A stretch of 64,000 bases of DNA. Origin: an uncultured Candidatus Rokubacteria bacterium (GTDB lineage: Bacteria; Methylomirabilota; Methylomirabilia; Rokubacteriales; DASRDR01). Of this stretch, positions 1-8,824 are shown piece by piece. A program made the position numbers and the translations under genes. The DNA is taken from the NCBI GenBank assembly GCA_963708025.1, contig CAVPSB010000012.1:224001-288000 (forward strand), in the 5' to 3' direction. The notes under the pieces were generated by a model. It was not told where the DNA came from, made no database searches, and saw only the letters and a list, made by a program, of their open reading frames with translations. Position 1 is the first letter of the stretch; each line of letters opens with the position of its first letter.

Positions 1-332
1 GGCTCGACGTGAGCCTGCGCGCGCGGGGCGTTTACCGGGCCGAGGATCCCCCGCGGAGCCGGCCGGTCGAGATCCTGGCCGTCGCCCAGATGGGGAACGC
101 GCCGAAGCCGGTCCGGGGGATGGTGCGGGCGCTGCTGCGCCAGAAGGTGGAGGCCGGCTACTCCTTGTGGCTCGACTGGGAAGGCGCGATGAGCCGGCTC
201 TTCGGCGACAACGATCCGGCGTCCACCGTCGTGGTCGCGGACCGCGAGGGGGTCGTGCAGCTCGTCGTGGCCGGCCTCCCCGACGGCCAGCCCTGGGAGG
301 CGGTCACCGCGGTTCTCGCCCGGCTGCATTGA
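1..332 (+). CDS. Partial thioredoxin-fold/YtfJ-like protein (5' end outside the window)
   Basis: Open frame to TGA 332; LWLDWEG...TVVVADREGVV resembles the C-terminal half of redoxin-like proteins; stop overlaps the TTG of the next gene. Confidence 0.45.
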   Translation, partial: LDVSLRARGVYRAEDPPRSRPVEILAVAQMGNAPKPVRGMVRALLRQKVEAGYSLWLDWEGAMSRLFGDNDPASTVVVADREGVVQLVVAGLPDGQPWEAVTAVLARLH

Positions 333-2257
333 CGGTTCTCGCCGCGGTCGTCGCCCTGGTGATCGGGGCCGCGACGACGGCGGCGTCCGCCGCCGAGACC
401 GCGAGCGCTCTACGCGCGGCACTGCGCGGTCTGCCACGGTCCCACCGGGCGGGGGGACGGGCCGGCGGCCGGGCTCCTCGCCCCGCCGCCCCGCGACTTC
501 CGGTCCGGCGTGTACAAGATCCGCTCGACGCCGAGCGGCACGCTGCCGACGGTCGCCGACGTGGCCCGGACGATCCGGCGGCGGCCTGCCGGGCACCAGC
601 ATGCCCGGGCTACGCGGATCGGCTGGCGCCCGGCGAGATCGAGGCGCTGGCGCGGGAGCGTCCTTGGCTCTCGCGCCCGGCCACCGCGCCGCCGGGCCCG
701 CCGCTCGACCTGGGAGCCGGCGCCCCTGCGTCGGCCGAGCGCGTGACCCGCGGCGCGGCGCTCTACGCCCGCGCCGGCTGCGCCGACTGTCACGGGGCCG
801 ATGGCCGCGCCGCCGGCTGGCGGCCGGCCCGCGAGGGCCCGGCGGTCGCGCGGCCGACCGACCTGACCGAGCCGTGGACCTTCCGTGGTGGCGCCGACGA
901 GGACGCGATCGCCCTCCGGATCCTCACCGGGCTGGACGGGAGCGCCATGCCGGCGTACGCGGGGGCCGTGACGGCCGCCGAGGCCCGCGACCTGGCCGCC
1001 CACGTCCGCTCGCTCGCCCGGGCGCCGCTCTGGGCGGCGGCCGATCCCGCGGTCATCCGCGCGGCCGGCGTCGCCGGCGATCCCCGCGACCGCGGCCGCT
1101 ACCTGGTCACCTCCATGTTCTGCCCGCTCTGCCACACTCCCATCAGCCCCGAGACCGGCGCCTACGACACCACGCGCTTCATGGCGGGCGGCATGCGGGT
1201 GAGCGCGTACCCGTGGGGCGTCTGGTACAGCCGGAACCTCACGCCCGACGCCGAGACGGGGCTCGGCCGGTGGAGCGACGCGGAGATCGTGGCGGCGGTC
1301 ACTCGCGGCGTCGCGAAGGACGGCCGGCGGCTCGACCCGATGGCGATGCCGTGGCCCTGGTTCTCCCGGCTCACCGCGAGCGACGCCGCGGCCATCGCCA
1401 CCTACCTGAAGGCGCTCCCGCCGGTGACGAGCCCGGTGCCGGCGGCGGAGCGCGTCGCCGTGCCCGAGGCCGTCGGCGGCAAGCTCCTGGCCCTCCTCGG
1501 CGCCGAGGTCGCGGTGGAGTTCTGGGGCGGCAACGCGGTCACCGACCCGGCGCTGCGCGGGGGCATCCCGGCCCCGCCCGGCCGGCGAGCGGGGGCGCGC
1601 GTCCTCGGCTGGGGCCTGCTCGTCGTGGCGGTTGGGGTCGTCGCGCTCGGCGTCGCGACAGGGCGCCGTCGCGGGCTCCGGCTCGCCGCGGCGGCAGTCC
1701 TGCTCCTCGGCTGGGGAACGCTGGCGATCTGGCCTCCGCTCTGGCTCATGACCCCGGAGGTCACGGTGGCGTGGCTCCTCCGCCGCGTCCCGGCCCTCCC
1801 GGCCGCGCTGACGGGGCCCGAGCGGGCGCGGGCCGAGCGGGGCGAGTACGTGGCGACCATCGCCCCGTGCGGGCTCTGCCACACGCCGGCCGGCGCCTTC
1901 GTCGGCTTCTACACGGATCGGATGATGGCCGGCGGCATGGAGGGCCGCTGGCGGGTGTACGGGAGCGCGACCTCGACGAACCTCACCCCGCACGCGCGCG
2001 ACGGCGCGGCCGGGCTCCCGCGGGCCGCCCTCGAGCGGGCGCTCCGGAGCGGGATCGGCGCCGACGGGCGCGCGCTGCACTGGCAGGCGATGCCGTGGGA
2101 CATCACCTCCCACTGGTCCGAGGAGGACCGGCGCGCGATGATCGCGTACCTGCGCGCGCTCCCGCCGGTGGCCGGGCGAATCCCGCCGCCCCGCGGCCCC
2201 CGTCCCGGCGACCCGCCGGCCGACTCCTTCTACTTCGGGGACGCCGCCCGCCGCTAG
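329..2257 (+). CDS. Membrane-anchored multiheme (4x CxxCH) cytochrome c, frameshifted near 405 and 580-610
   Basis: Signal-peptide-like N-terminus; CAVCH (423-437, shifted frame), CADCH, CPLCH, CGLCH; NLTP..TGLG.W and MPW motifs; two hydrophobic helices before the last heme domain. Confidence 0.85.
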   Translation: MTVLAAVVALVIGAATTAASAAETASALRAALRGLPRSHRAGGRAGGRAPRPAAPRLPVRRVQDPLDAERHAADGRRRGPDDPAAACRAPACPGYADRLAPGEIEALARERPWLSRPATAPPGPPLDLGAGAPASAERVTRGAALYARAGCADCHGADGRAAGWRPAREGPAVARPTDLTEPWTFRGGADEDAIALRILTGLDGSAMPAYAGAVTAAEARDLAAHVRSLARAPLWAAADPAVIRAAGVAGDPRDRGRYLVTSMFCPLCHTPISPETGAYDTTRFMAGGMRVSAYPWGVWYSRNLTPDAETGLGRWSDAEIVAAVTRGVAKDGRRLDPMAMPWPWFSRLTASDAAAIATYLKALPPVTSPVPAAERVAVPEAVGGKLLALLGAEVAVEFWGGNAVTDPALRGGIPAPPGRRAGARVLGWGLLVVAVGVVALGVATGRRRGLRLAAAAVLLLGWGTLAIWPPLWLMTPEVTVAWLLRRVPALPAALTGPERARAERGEYVATIAPCGLCHTPAGAFVGFYTDRMMAGGMEGRWRVYGSATSTNLTPHARDGAAGLPRAALERALRSGIGADGRALHWQAMPWDITSHWSEEDRRAMIAYLRALPPVAGRIPPPRGPRPGDPPADSFYFGDAARR

Positions 2258-2274
2258 CTAGCAACCGGCTCTGG

Positions 2275-2386
2275 GGACGTCGAGGTTGCTCGTGAGCCCG
2301 CTCGTGTCGCGCAGCTCGGCGATGGCCAGGGCCTCCCGCGAGGCCCGGACGGCCTCGTCCTGCCCGGCCAGCCTCTCGCGGTGCTC
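2275..2386 (-). pseudogene. Fragment of a TolC/NodT outer-membrane efflux gene
   Basis: EHRERLAGQDEAVRASREALAIAELRDTSGLTSNLDV resembles the OMF motif A.LRY..GL.S.L.V; no start or remainder of gene. Confidence 0.55.
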
Positions 2387-2965
2387 AGCATCTACGCCCG
2401 GGTGCTCCAGGGCTTCTACGGCCGCGAGGCCCACCGACAGGGCATCGGCGGGGGCCGGACCGGGCTGCTGACGGGCACCGGACCGCCTGCAGTTCCACGC
2501 GGCACCGCCGCCCAGCGACGCGGCGGTCGCCGAGGTCCTCGCCACCATCCGGGCCCGGGTCGGGCGGCTGCTGGCGCGCCGGGGTCTGGACCCTGACCGG
2601 GCCGACCTGGGCCCCCGGACGGGCTGGCGGAGGTCGCGCCGATCCACGCCCAGCTCCTCAGCGCCTCGGTCCAAGGCCGCGTCGCCCTCGGCCCGCACAC
2701 GGGCACCCGGGTCGGGCGGCTGGGGAGGCGCCGACTGCCTCCATCGGCGCCGCCCGGGGGCCGCGCCAGGCGCACCTGGATGGCTTCGACCTGCACGCCA
2801 ACGTGGGGGTGCCCCCCAACGATCGGGCCCGGCTGGAGCGTCTCTGCCGCTACCTGCTCAGGCCCCCGCTCGTCCAGGACCGGCTGCGCCTCCGGGCGGA
2901 TGGGCGGGTGGCGATCAGGCTGAAGCGGGCCTGGCGCGATGGGACGACCCACCTTGTCCTCGAGT
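2381..2965 (+). mobile_element. Degraded IS91-family (Y2 rolling-circle) transposase remnant
   Basis: Pieces in several frames: GFYGREAHRQGIGGGRTG, SASVQGRVALG, GFDLHANV..PPNDRARLERLCRYLLRPPLVQDRL...LKRAWRDGTTHLVLE; HUH segment missing. Confidence 0.8.
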
Positions 2966-3201
2966 CCCCCGTGCCATCCGTATACCCGAGCCCCGCACCC
3001 CCGGAGCCGCCCTTGCCAGGAGTGGTTGCAGTTGCAAGGGCCCCCAACCACTTGCATTCTACTCGCACGAATCGGTCATGGACTTCCAGATCGAAGCATC
3101 GGAAAATATGGTGCGAGCTTTGCGGGGCGAACCGCCACCTTGCCCCGCAAACCCCGAAGTTCTTGGGAGCGCACGGATTCCTATGAAAGGACGTTTCTGC
3201 A

Positions 3202-6200
3202 ATGCCCACTGACACGCAACCCGCTTATCCTTTCATTCCATTTGAAGATATAGCGATAGATCAATCCATAGCGGCCCGCTTCGAGCAGCAGGTTGCTCGC
3301 TACCCGGACCGCATTGCCGTCGCCAGCGCGGACCGACAATTCACCTACGCTGAGCTCAATCAGGTAGCCAATCTTATCGCCCGCGCCATCCTGTCGCGTC
3401 TGGGAGAACGTGAAGAGCCGGTCGCGCTCCTTTTTGATCATGGGTCGTTCTTGATTGCCGCGCTGCTGGGGGTTCTCAAGGCCGGGAAATTCTACATGGC
3501 GTTGGATTTACCTGATCCTCAGCCGCGAATGGCGTCGATGCTGGAGGATTCCCGGGCCAGACTGCTTCTTACTAACTCGAAGCACCTCTCCCGGGCCAGG
3601 CAGTTGGCCCAAGGAAGCGGCCAACAGGTTCTCAACTGTGACGATCTCGACGCCAACCACGCTGCCGGAAACCTTGATCGGTCTATAGCTCCGGAGGAGT
3701 CCGCGCTCATGCTCTACACCTCAGGGACCACGGGCCGTCCCAAGGGTGTGGTCCATAGTCATAGGAATATTCTCGTCGAAGCCCGGAACTACACCAACTA
3801 CGCGCGGCTCTCTCCGGACGACAGACTGACCTTGTGGCATTCTTGCAGCTATACCAACTCGATTCGAAATCTGTATGCTGCTCTGCTGAACGGTGCCGGT
3901 TTGTTCATCTACGATCTCGTCAACGAGGGATTCCCGGCGCTGGCTGACTGGATGCTTACTCACCGGATCACTGTAATCCATACCCTGCCGACGACCTTTC
4001 GTACGTTTTGCCAAACGCTCAAACCGGACGCCATGTTTTCGGCGCTGCGCATACTGCGACTCGGTGGAGAGTCGATCAACCGAGACGATATAAGACAATA
4101 TCAGCGCCGCTTCTCCCCCAGCTGCCTGTTGATACACGCCATCGGTCCGACCGAGACGCTCGACATTCGATACTATTCCATCACCCACGACTGGAACGGC
4201 AGCGACGCCAAGATTCCCATCGGCTATGCCGTCCCTGACAAGGATGTGCTGCTGTTGGACGAAGCAGGACGGGAGGTCGGCGCCGAGGAGATCGGAGAGA
4301 TCGCAGTCAGAAGCAAGTATCTGGCGCTTGGCTACTGGGGACAGCCTGAACTCACCCGCGCCGCCTTTACGCCCGATCCTCACGGCGGAGATGAGCGGCT
4401 CTACCGAACAGGCGACCTGGGCGTGATGCGTCCCGATGGCTGCTTGACTCACCTGGGACGCAAGGATTTTCGGATAAAGATTCGCGGCTACAGAGTCGAA
4501 GTCACTGCAGTAGAGGAAGCGCTGCTCGACATGGATTCGATCGAGGCAGTGGTCGTGCAGGCGCATTCGGATGATGGAGGCGAGCAGCGACTCGTTGCTT
4601 ACGTCGTGCCCGCCACGGGCACGGACCCGAAAGTCAACGAACTCCGCCGAGGATTGGCGAAGACCCTGCCAGATTACATGATGCCTTCCGCCTTCGTCTT
4701 TCTGCAGACTCTCCCGCTGTCGGCCACCGGCAAACTCGATCGACGAGCCCTGCCGGCGCCGAATCGAGTCAGGCCGCACTTAGACGAAGAGTTTGTGGCT
4801 CCCCGTACTCCTGTAGAGGACATCCTGGCAAAGATCTGGGCTACGCTCCTCGATCTGGAGTTGGTAGGAATCCACGACAACTTCTTCGATCTCGGTGGTC
4901 ACTCGCTGCTGGCCACCCAGGTCATCTCGCGGGTGCGCGATACTTTGCAGGTGGAGCTGACGCTGCCCGAGCTGTTTGAAGCGCCCACCGTCGCCGGCCT
5001 GGCCGAGCACGTTGGCGTGGCTCGTCGGGCAGGTCGGGGCCTGCAGGCTGACGCTCCAAGGCCTCTTGCCAGGGGCCCGCAGCTCCCTCTCTCTTTTGCT
5101 CAGGAGAGGTTGTGGTTTATCGAACAGCTGGAGCCTAACAGCCCCGTCCATAACATCCCCGCCGTTTTTCGTCTCACTGGTTCCCTCAATGTGGCGGTTC
5201 TGGAGCAGAGTCTCAACGAAATCGTGCGGCGTCACGAAGTCCTGCGCAGTAGCTTTGCCGCCATTCAGGGTCAACCGATTCAGGTCCTCGCTCCAGTCCT
5301 GAGCTTGAGCCTTCCCGTTGTTGACCTGCGGGAGCAGCCTGACACCGCGCAAAGGGCCGAGACTCTGATCACTGAAGAAATCCAGCGACCCTTCCACCTA
5401 TCCCAGGGCCCTTTGTTGCGGCTCCTCTTACTGCGGCTGACTGAAGATGAACACCTATTTGTTCTGGTAACTCATCATCTGGTCTTCGATGGCTTGTCTA
5501 CGAGCATACTGCTTCACGAGCTCTCATCTCTTTACGAGGCTTACTCCGCAGGACGAGCATCGCTGCTGCCGGAGTTGCCTATTCAGTATGCGGATTTTGC
5601 CCGATGGCAGCGCGAGTGGCTGCGAAAGGACGTGCTCGAAGAGCACCTCGCCTACTGGAAACGGCAGCTTGCCGGTGTCCAAAAGCTACAGATGCCCACC
5701 GATCGACCTCGGCCTCGGGTTCAGACCGTCGGAACCGCGCGACACTCCTTCGCGCTTTCCAAGCCGCTTTCCGCGGACCTCAAGAGCCTGAGCAATCGGC
5801 ACGGGGTTACGCTTTTCATGACACTCTTCGCCGCCTATCAGACACTGCTGCACCGTTACACCGGGCAGAACGACATTGTGATCGGCTCTCCCGTCGCCGG
5901 TCGGGACCGCAGCGAGCTCGAGGGCTTGATCGGGTTCTTTTTTAACATGCTGGTACTGCGCACGGACCTTTCAGGCAACCCAACGTTTCGGGAGCTGCTC
6001 GTTCGTGTACGGGAGGTCTGCCTGGAGGCCTACACCCACCAAGACGTGCCCTTCGAGAAACTCGTGGAAGAACTGCGGCCTGAACGGGATCTGAGCTACA
6101 ACCCCCTCTTTCAGGTGACGTTTGCATTGCAGCATACGCCGGGATCCCGCCTCAAGTTGGCCGGCGTAACCGCACTTGAAGTGGAGGTCGATCCAGGAAC

Positions 6201-8316
6201 AGCAAGGTACGACTTGCACCTGTACCTGAGAGAGGAAGAGAGTGCGCTGCGGGGCTATATAGACTACAACACCGATTTATTCGATGCGCAGACGATCGCA
6301 CGCATGACCGAGCATTTTCAGTTATTGCTCGAACGCGTTGTGGCAAATCCAGATGAACCGATCGAGAGTTCGCCGCTCTTGACGGGGAACGAGCGGCATC
6401 AACTGCTCGAAGAATGGAGCGGCACTAGCGTAGATTATCCGAGAGACAAATGCATCCACCAGCTCTACGAGGTCCAGGTGGAACGAACTCCTCGTGCGGT
6501 CGCGGTCGTCTTCGGAGACCAACGACTGACCTACCAAGAGCTTAACCGCCGAGCGAACCAACTCGCTCACTACCTCCAAACACTCGGTGTTGGACCTGAA
6601 GTGCCGGTGGCCATTTGTATGGACCGCTCTTTCGAGATGGTCATTGGTCTTTTGGCCATTCTGAAGGCGGGTGGCGTATACGTGCCGCTTGATCCCGACT
6701 ACCCAAAGGAACGTCTGGCGTTCATGTTGGAAGATACCCGGGCGCCGGTGCTGTTGACCCAACAGCGGTTGGTCCCAGAGCTGGTTGAAGCCGAAGGGAC
6801 AAATAACGGCGATCCCCGACCCTCCGTCCTCGGTTCTCGACTTGAGGTTGTCTGTCTGGACAAGGGGTGGGAAGTCATTGCTCAGGAGAGCGAGGAGAAT
6901 CCCGAAAGCGGAGCGACGGCTGAGAACTTGGCCTACATCATGTACACCTCGGGTTCGACGGGCAAACCCAAGGGAGTCTGCGTTCCGCACAGGGGCGTGG
7001 TACGTCTGGTCAACGGTACCAGCTTCGCCAGCCTCACCTCACGGGAAGTCTTCCTGCAATTTGCGCCCGTCTCCTTCGACGCATCGACTTTTGAAATCTG
7101 GGGTTGCCTGCTGAACGGCGCGCAGCTGGTGGTCTTCCCCGCTCATACGCCGTCTTTGGAGGAGCTGGGACAAGTCCTCGAGCGGTATCAGGTAACAACC
7201 CTCTGGCTCACGGCCGGATTGTTCCACAGAATGGTGGAAGGCAACCTCCAGGGGCTGAGACACGTTAAACAACTTTTGACGGGTGGTGATGTCTTATCCT
7301 TCCCTCACGTACGGAAGGCACTTCAAGAGCTGCGGGAATGCCGGTTGATCAACTGTTACGGTCCGACCGAGGGAACAACGTTTACCTGTTGTTTCCCGAT
7401 GACCGCTTCCGGCCAAGTCGCCGCTCCCGTCCCTATCGGCCGCCCCATTGCCAATACCGCGGTCTACATCCTGGACGGTCATCTCAATCCTGTGCCCATC
7501 GGGGTCTGTGGAGAAGTGTGCATTGGTGGGGATGGTCTTGCCCGACAATATCTCAACCATCCGGAGCTAACGGCCGAGAGTTTCATCCTCGATCCGTTCA
7601 GCGGCGAACCCGGCGCGCGACTATACAGGACCGGTGACCTGGCGCGTTACTTACCCGACGGCAACATCGAATTCAGCGGTCGCCGTGACCACCAGGTAAA
7701 GATCCGCGGCTTCCGTATCGAGTTAGGTGAGATCGAGGCGGTGCTGAGCCAACACTCCGCCGTGCAGGAGACTGTGGTGGTGGCCCGGGAAGATGTACAC
7801 GGTGACAAGCGATTGGTGGCGTACGTTGTGCCGCGGAAGGAGCAGCCCCCTACGATCAATGTTCTGCGCGGCTTCCTGAAATCAAAGTGTCCCGAGCACA
7901 TGGTGCCGTCTACTTTCGTGTTCCTCGATACCCTGCCGTTGACATCCCAAGGCAAAGTGGATCGTCAAGCACTTCCGGACGACACCGGGATCAGGCCGGA
8001 CCTGGAGAAGGCTTTTGTAGCACCCCGTAGTCCGGCCGAGAAAGCGCTGACCGGGATTTGGGCTCAAGTACTCGGGCTGGAGCAGGTGGGCATTTACGAC
8101 AACTTCTTCGAGTTGGGGGGGCACTCTCTATTGGCAACGCAGGTCATTTCCCGGCTGTGCGACGCCTTGCGGGTAGAACTTCCCTTGTGCCGCCTGTTTG
8201 AGGCGCCCACGGTGGCCGAACTAGCCCAGGTTATCGAGCAAATTCGTTGGACGACTCGAGAGCGGCAGGATTCTCACGGCAACGCTGTGAGCACCCTCGA
8301 GCAGGGAGAAGTATGA
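3202..8316 (+). CDS. Non-ribosomal peptide synthetase, A-T-C-A-T, no thioesterase
   Basis: Two YTSG(T/S)TG.PKG, two LYRTGDL, two FF.LGGHSL carrier motifs, one HHLVFDG condensation motif; 1704 aa; visibly lower GC than flanks. Confidence 0.97.
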   Translation: MPTDTQPAYPFIPFEDIAIDQSIAARFEQQVARYPDRIAVASADRQFTYAELNQVANLIARAILSRLGEREEPVALLFDHGSFLIAALLGVLKAGKFYMALDLPDPQPRMASMLEDSRARLLLTNSKHLSRARQLAQGSGQQVLNCDDLDANHAAGNLDRSIAPEESALMLYTSGTTGRPKGVVHSHRNILVEARNYTNYARLSPDDRLTLWHSCSYTNSIRNLYAALLNGAGLFIYDLVNEGFPALADWMLTHRITVIHTLPTTFRTFCQTLKPDAMFSALRILRLGGESINRDDIRQYQRRFSPSCLLIHAIGPTETLDIRYYSITHDWNGSDAKIPIGYAVPDKDVLLLDEAGREVGAEEIGEIAVRSKYLALGYWGQPELTRAAFTPDPHGGDERLYRTGDLGVMRPDGCLTHLGRKDFRIKIRGYRVEVTAVEEALLDMDSIEAVVVQAHSDDGGEQRLVAYVVPATGTDPKVNELRRGLAKTLPDYMMPSAFVFLQTLPLSATGKLDRRALPAPNRVRPHLDEEFVAPRTPVEDILAKIWATLLDLELVGIHDNFFDLGGHSLLATQVISRVRDTLQVELTLPELFEAPTVAGLAEHVGVARRAGRGLQADAPRPLARGPQLPLSFAQERLWFIEQLEPNSPVHNIPAVFRLTGSLNVAVLEQSLNEIVRRHEVLRSSFAAIQGQPIQVLAPVLSLSLPVVDLREQPDTAQRAETLITEEIQRPFHLSQGPLLRLLLLRLTEDEHLFVLVTHHLVFDGLSTSILLHELSSLYEAYSAGRASLLPELPIQYADFARWQREWLRKDVLEEHLAYWKRQLAGVQKLQMPTDRPRPRVQTVGTARHSFALSKPLSADLKSLSNRHGVTLFMTLFAAYQTLLHRYTGQNDIVIGSPVAGRDRSELEGLIGFFFNMLVLRTDLSGNPTFRELLVRVREVCLEAYTHQDVPFEKLVEELRPERDLSYNPLFQVTFALQHTPGSRLKLAGVTALEVEVDPGTARYDLHLYLREEESALRGYIDYNTDLFDAQTIARMTEHFQLLLERVVANPDEPIESSPLLTGNERHQLLEEWSGTSVDYPRDKCIHQLYEVQVERTPRAVAVVFGDQRLTYQELNRRANQLAHYLQTLGVGPEVPVAICMDRSFEMVIGLLAILKAGGVYVPLDPDYPKERLAFMLEDTRAPVLLTQQRLVPELVEAEGTNNGDPRPSVLGSRLEVVCLDKGWEVIAQESEENPESGATAENLAYIMYTSGSTGKPKGVCVPHRGVVRLVNGTSFASLTSREVFLQFAPVSFDASTFEIWGCLLNGAQLVVFPAHTPSLEELGQVLERYQVTTLWLTAGLFHRMVEGNLQGLRHVKQLLTGGDVLSFPHVRKALQELRECRLINCYGPTEGTTFTCCFPMTASGQVAAPVPIGRPIANTAVYILDGHLNPVPIGVCGEVCIGGDGLARQYLNHPELTAESFILDPFSGEPGARLYRTGDLARYLPDGNIEFSGRRDHQVKIRGFRIELGEIEAVLSQHSAVQETVVVAREDVHGDKRLVAYVVPRKEQPPTINVLRGFLKSKCPEHMVPSTFVFLDTLPLTSQGKVDRQALPDDTGIRPDLEKAFVAPRSPAEKALTGIWAQVLGLEQVGIYDNFFELGGHSLLATQVISRLCDALRVELPLCRLFEAPTVAELAQVIEQIRWTTRERQDSHGNAVSTLEQGEV

Positions 8317-8345
8317 CGGTTCTTGAGCTCTTGTCCCACCTTGAC

Positions 8346-8371
8346 TGACCCCGGCGGGATTCGAACCCGCG
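8346..8371 (-). other. tRNA 3'-end fragment (T-arm + acceptor strand, tRNA-Glu-like); att-site remnant
   Basis: Reverse complement CGCGGGTTCGAATCCCGCCGGGGTCA: GCGGG/CCCGC stem, TTCGAAT loop, CGGGGTC-A; no D or anticodon arm adjoining. Confidence 0.75.
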
Positions 8372-8824
8372 CCTACGTCCTCGCGGCCGGCCCCGGAGCC
8401 ACCGTGCCCAGCGGCACGAAAGGCCGCGCGATCAGATCATGCGCGCGGGCGGGATCCACGCCGTTCCCCTGCTGGCAGGGCGTGTACCGGGTGCGGTACA
8501 CCTTCTACTCGATCCCAAGCATGCCTTTGTTCCGATATCACGGGACGCATAACAACCTGTTGGAGCGGCCAGGCGGCGCATCGACCGAAAGTCTGACGGT
8601 GAGCCTCCGGCGTCACGCTGAGTCGCTACCGCCCTGAATGCGGCCGCCGTCCGCGGTCCGACCGCAGCCACTCGAAGCGAGGCGTCGCGCCCTGGTCACA
8701 TTTCGGTCCGACCGCCATTAGACGGTTGACGGCCCTGTCCAGGACTCACATGCTGGCGCCATCGGCGATCACTCGCGCCGGCGGCGGGCGGCCGGAGTCC
8801 ACGATCGCCTGAGAGGACGGGGCC

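Noticed and set aside
3119-3151. Riboswitch or terminator in the NRPS leader
   Set aside because: A 10-bp stem (TTTGCGGGGC/GCCCCGCAAA) exists, but there is no U-tract on the sense strand and no recognisable aptamer
8346-8420. Complete tRNA gene
   Set aside because: Only the T-arm and acceptor 3' strand are present
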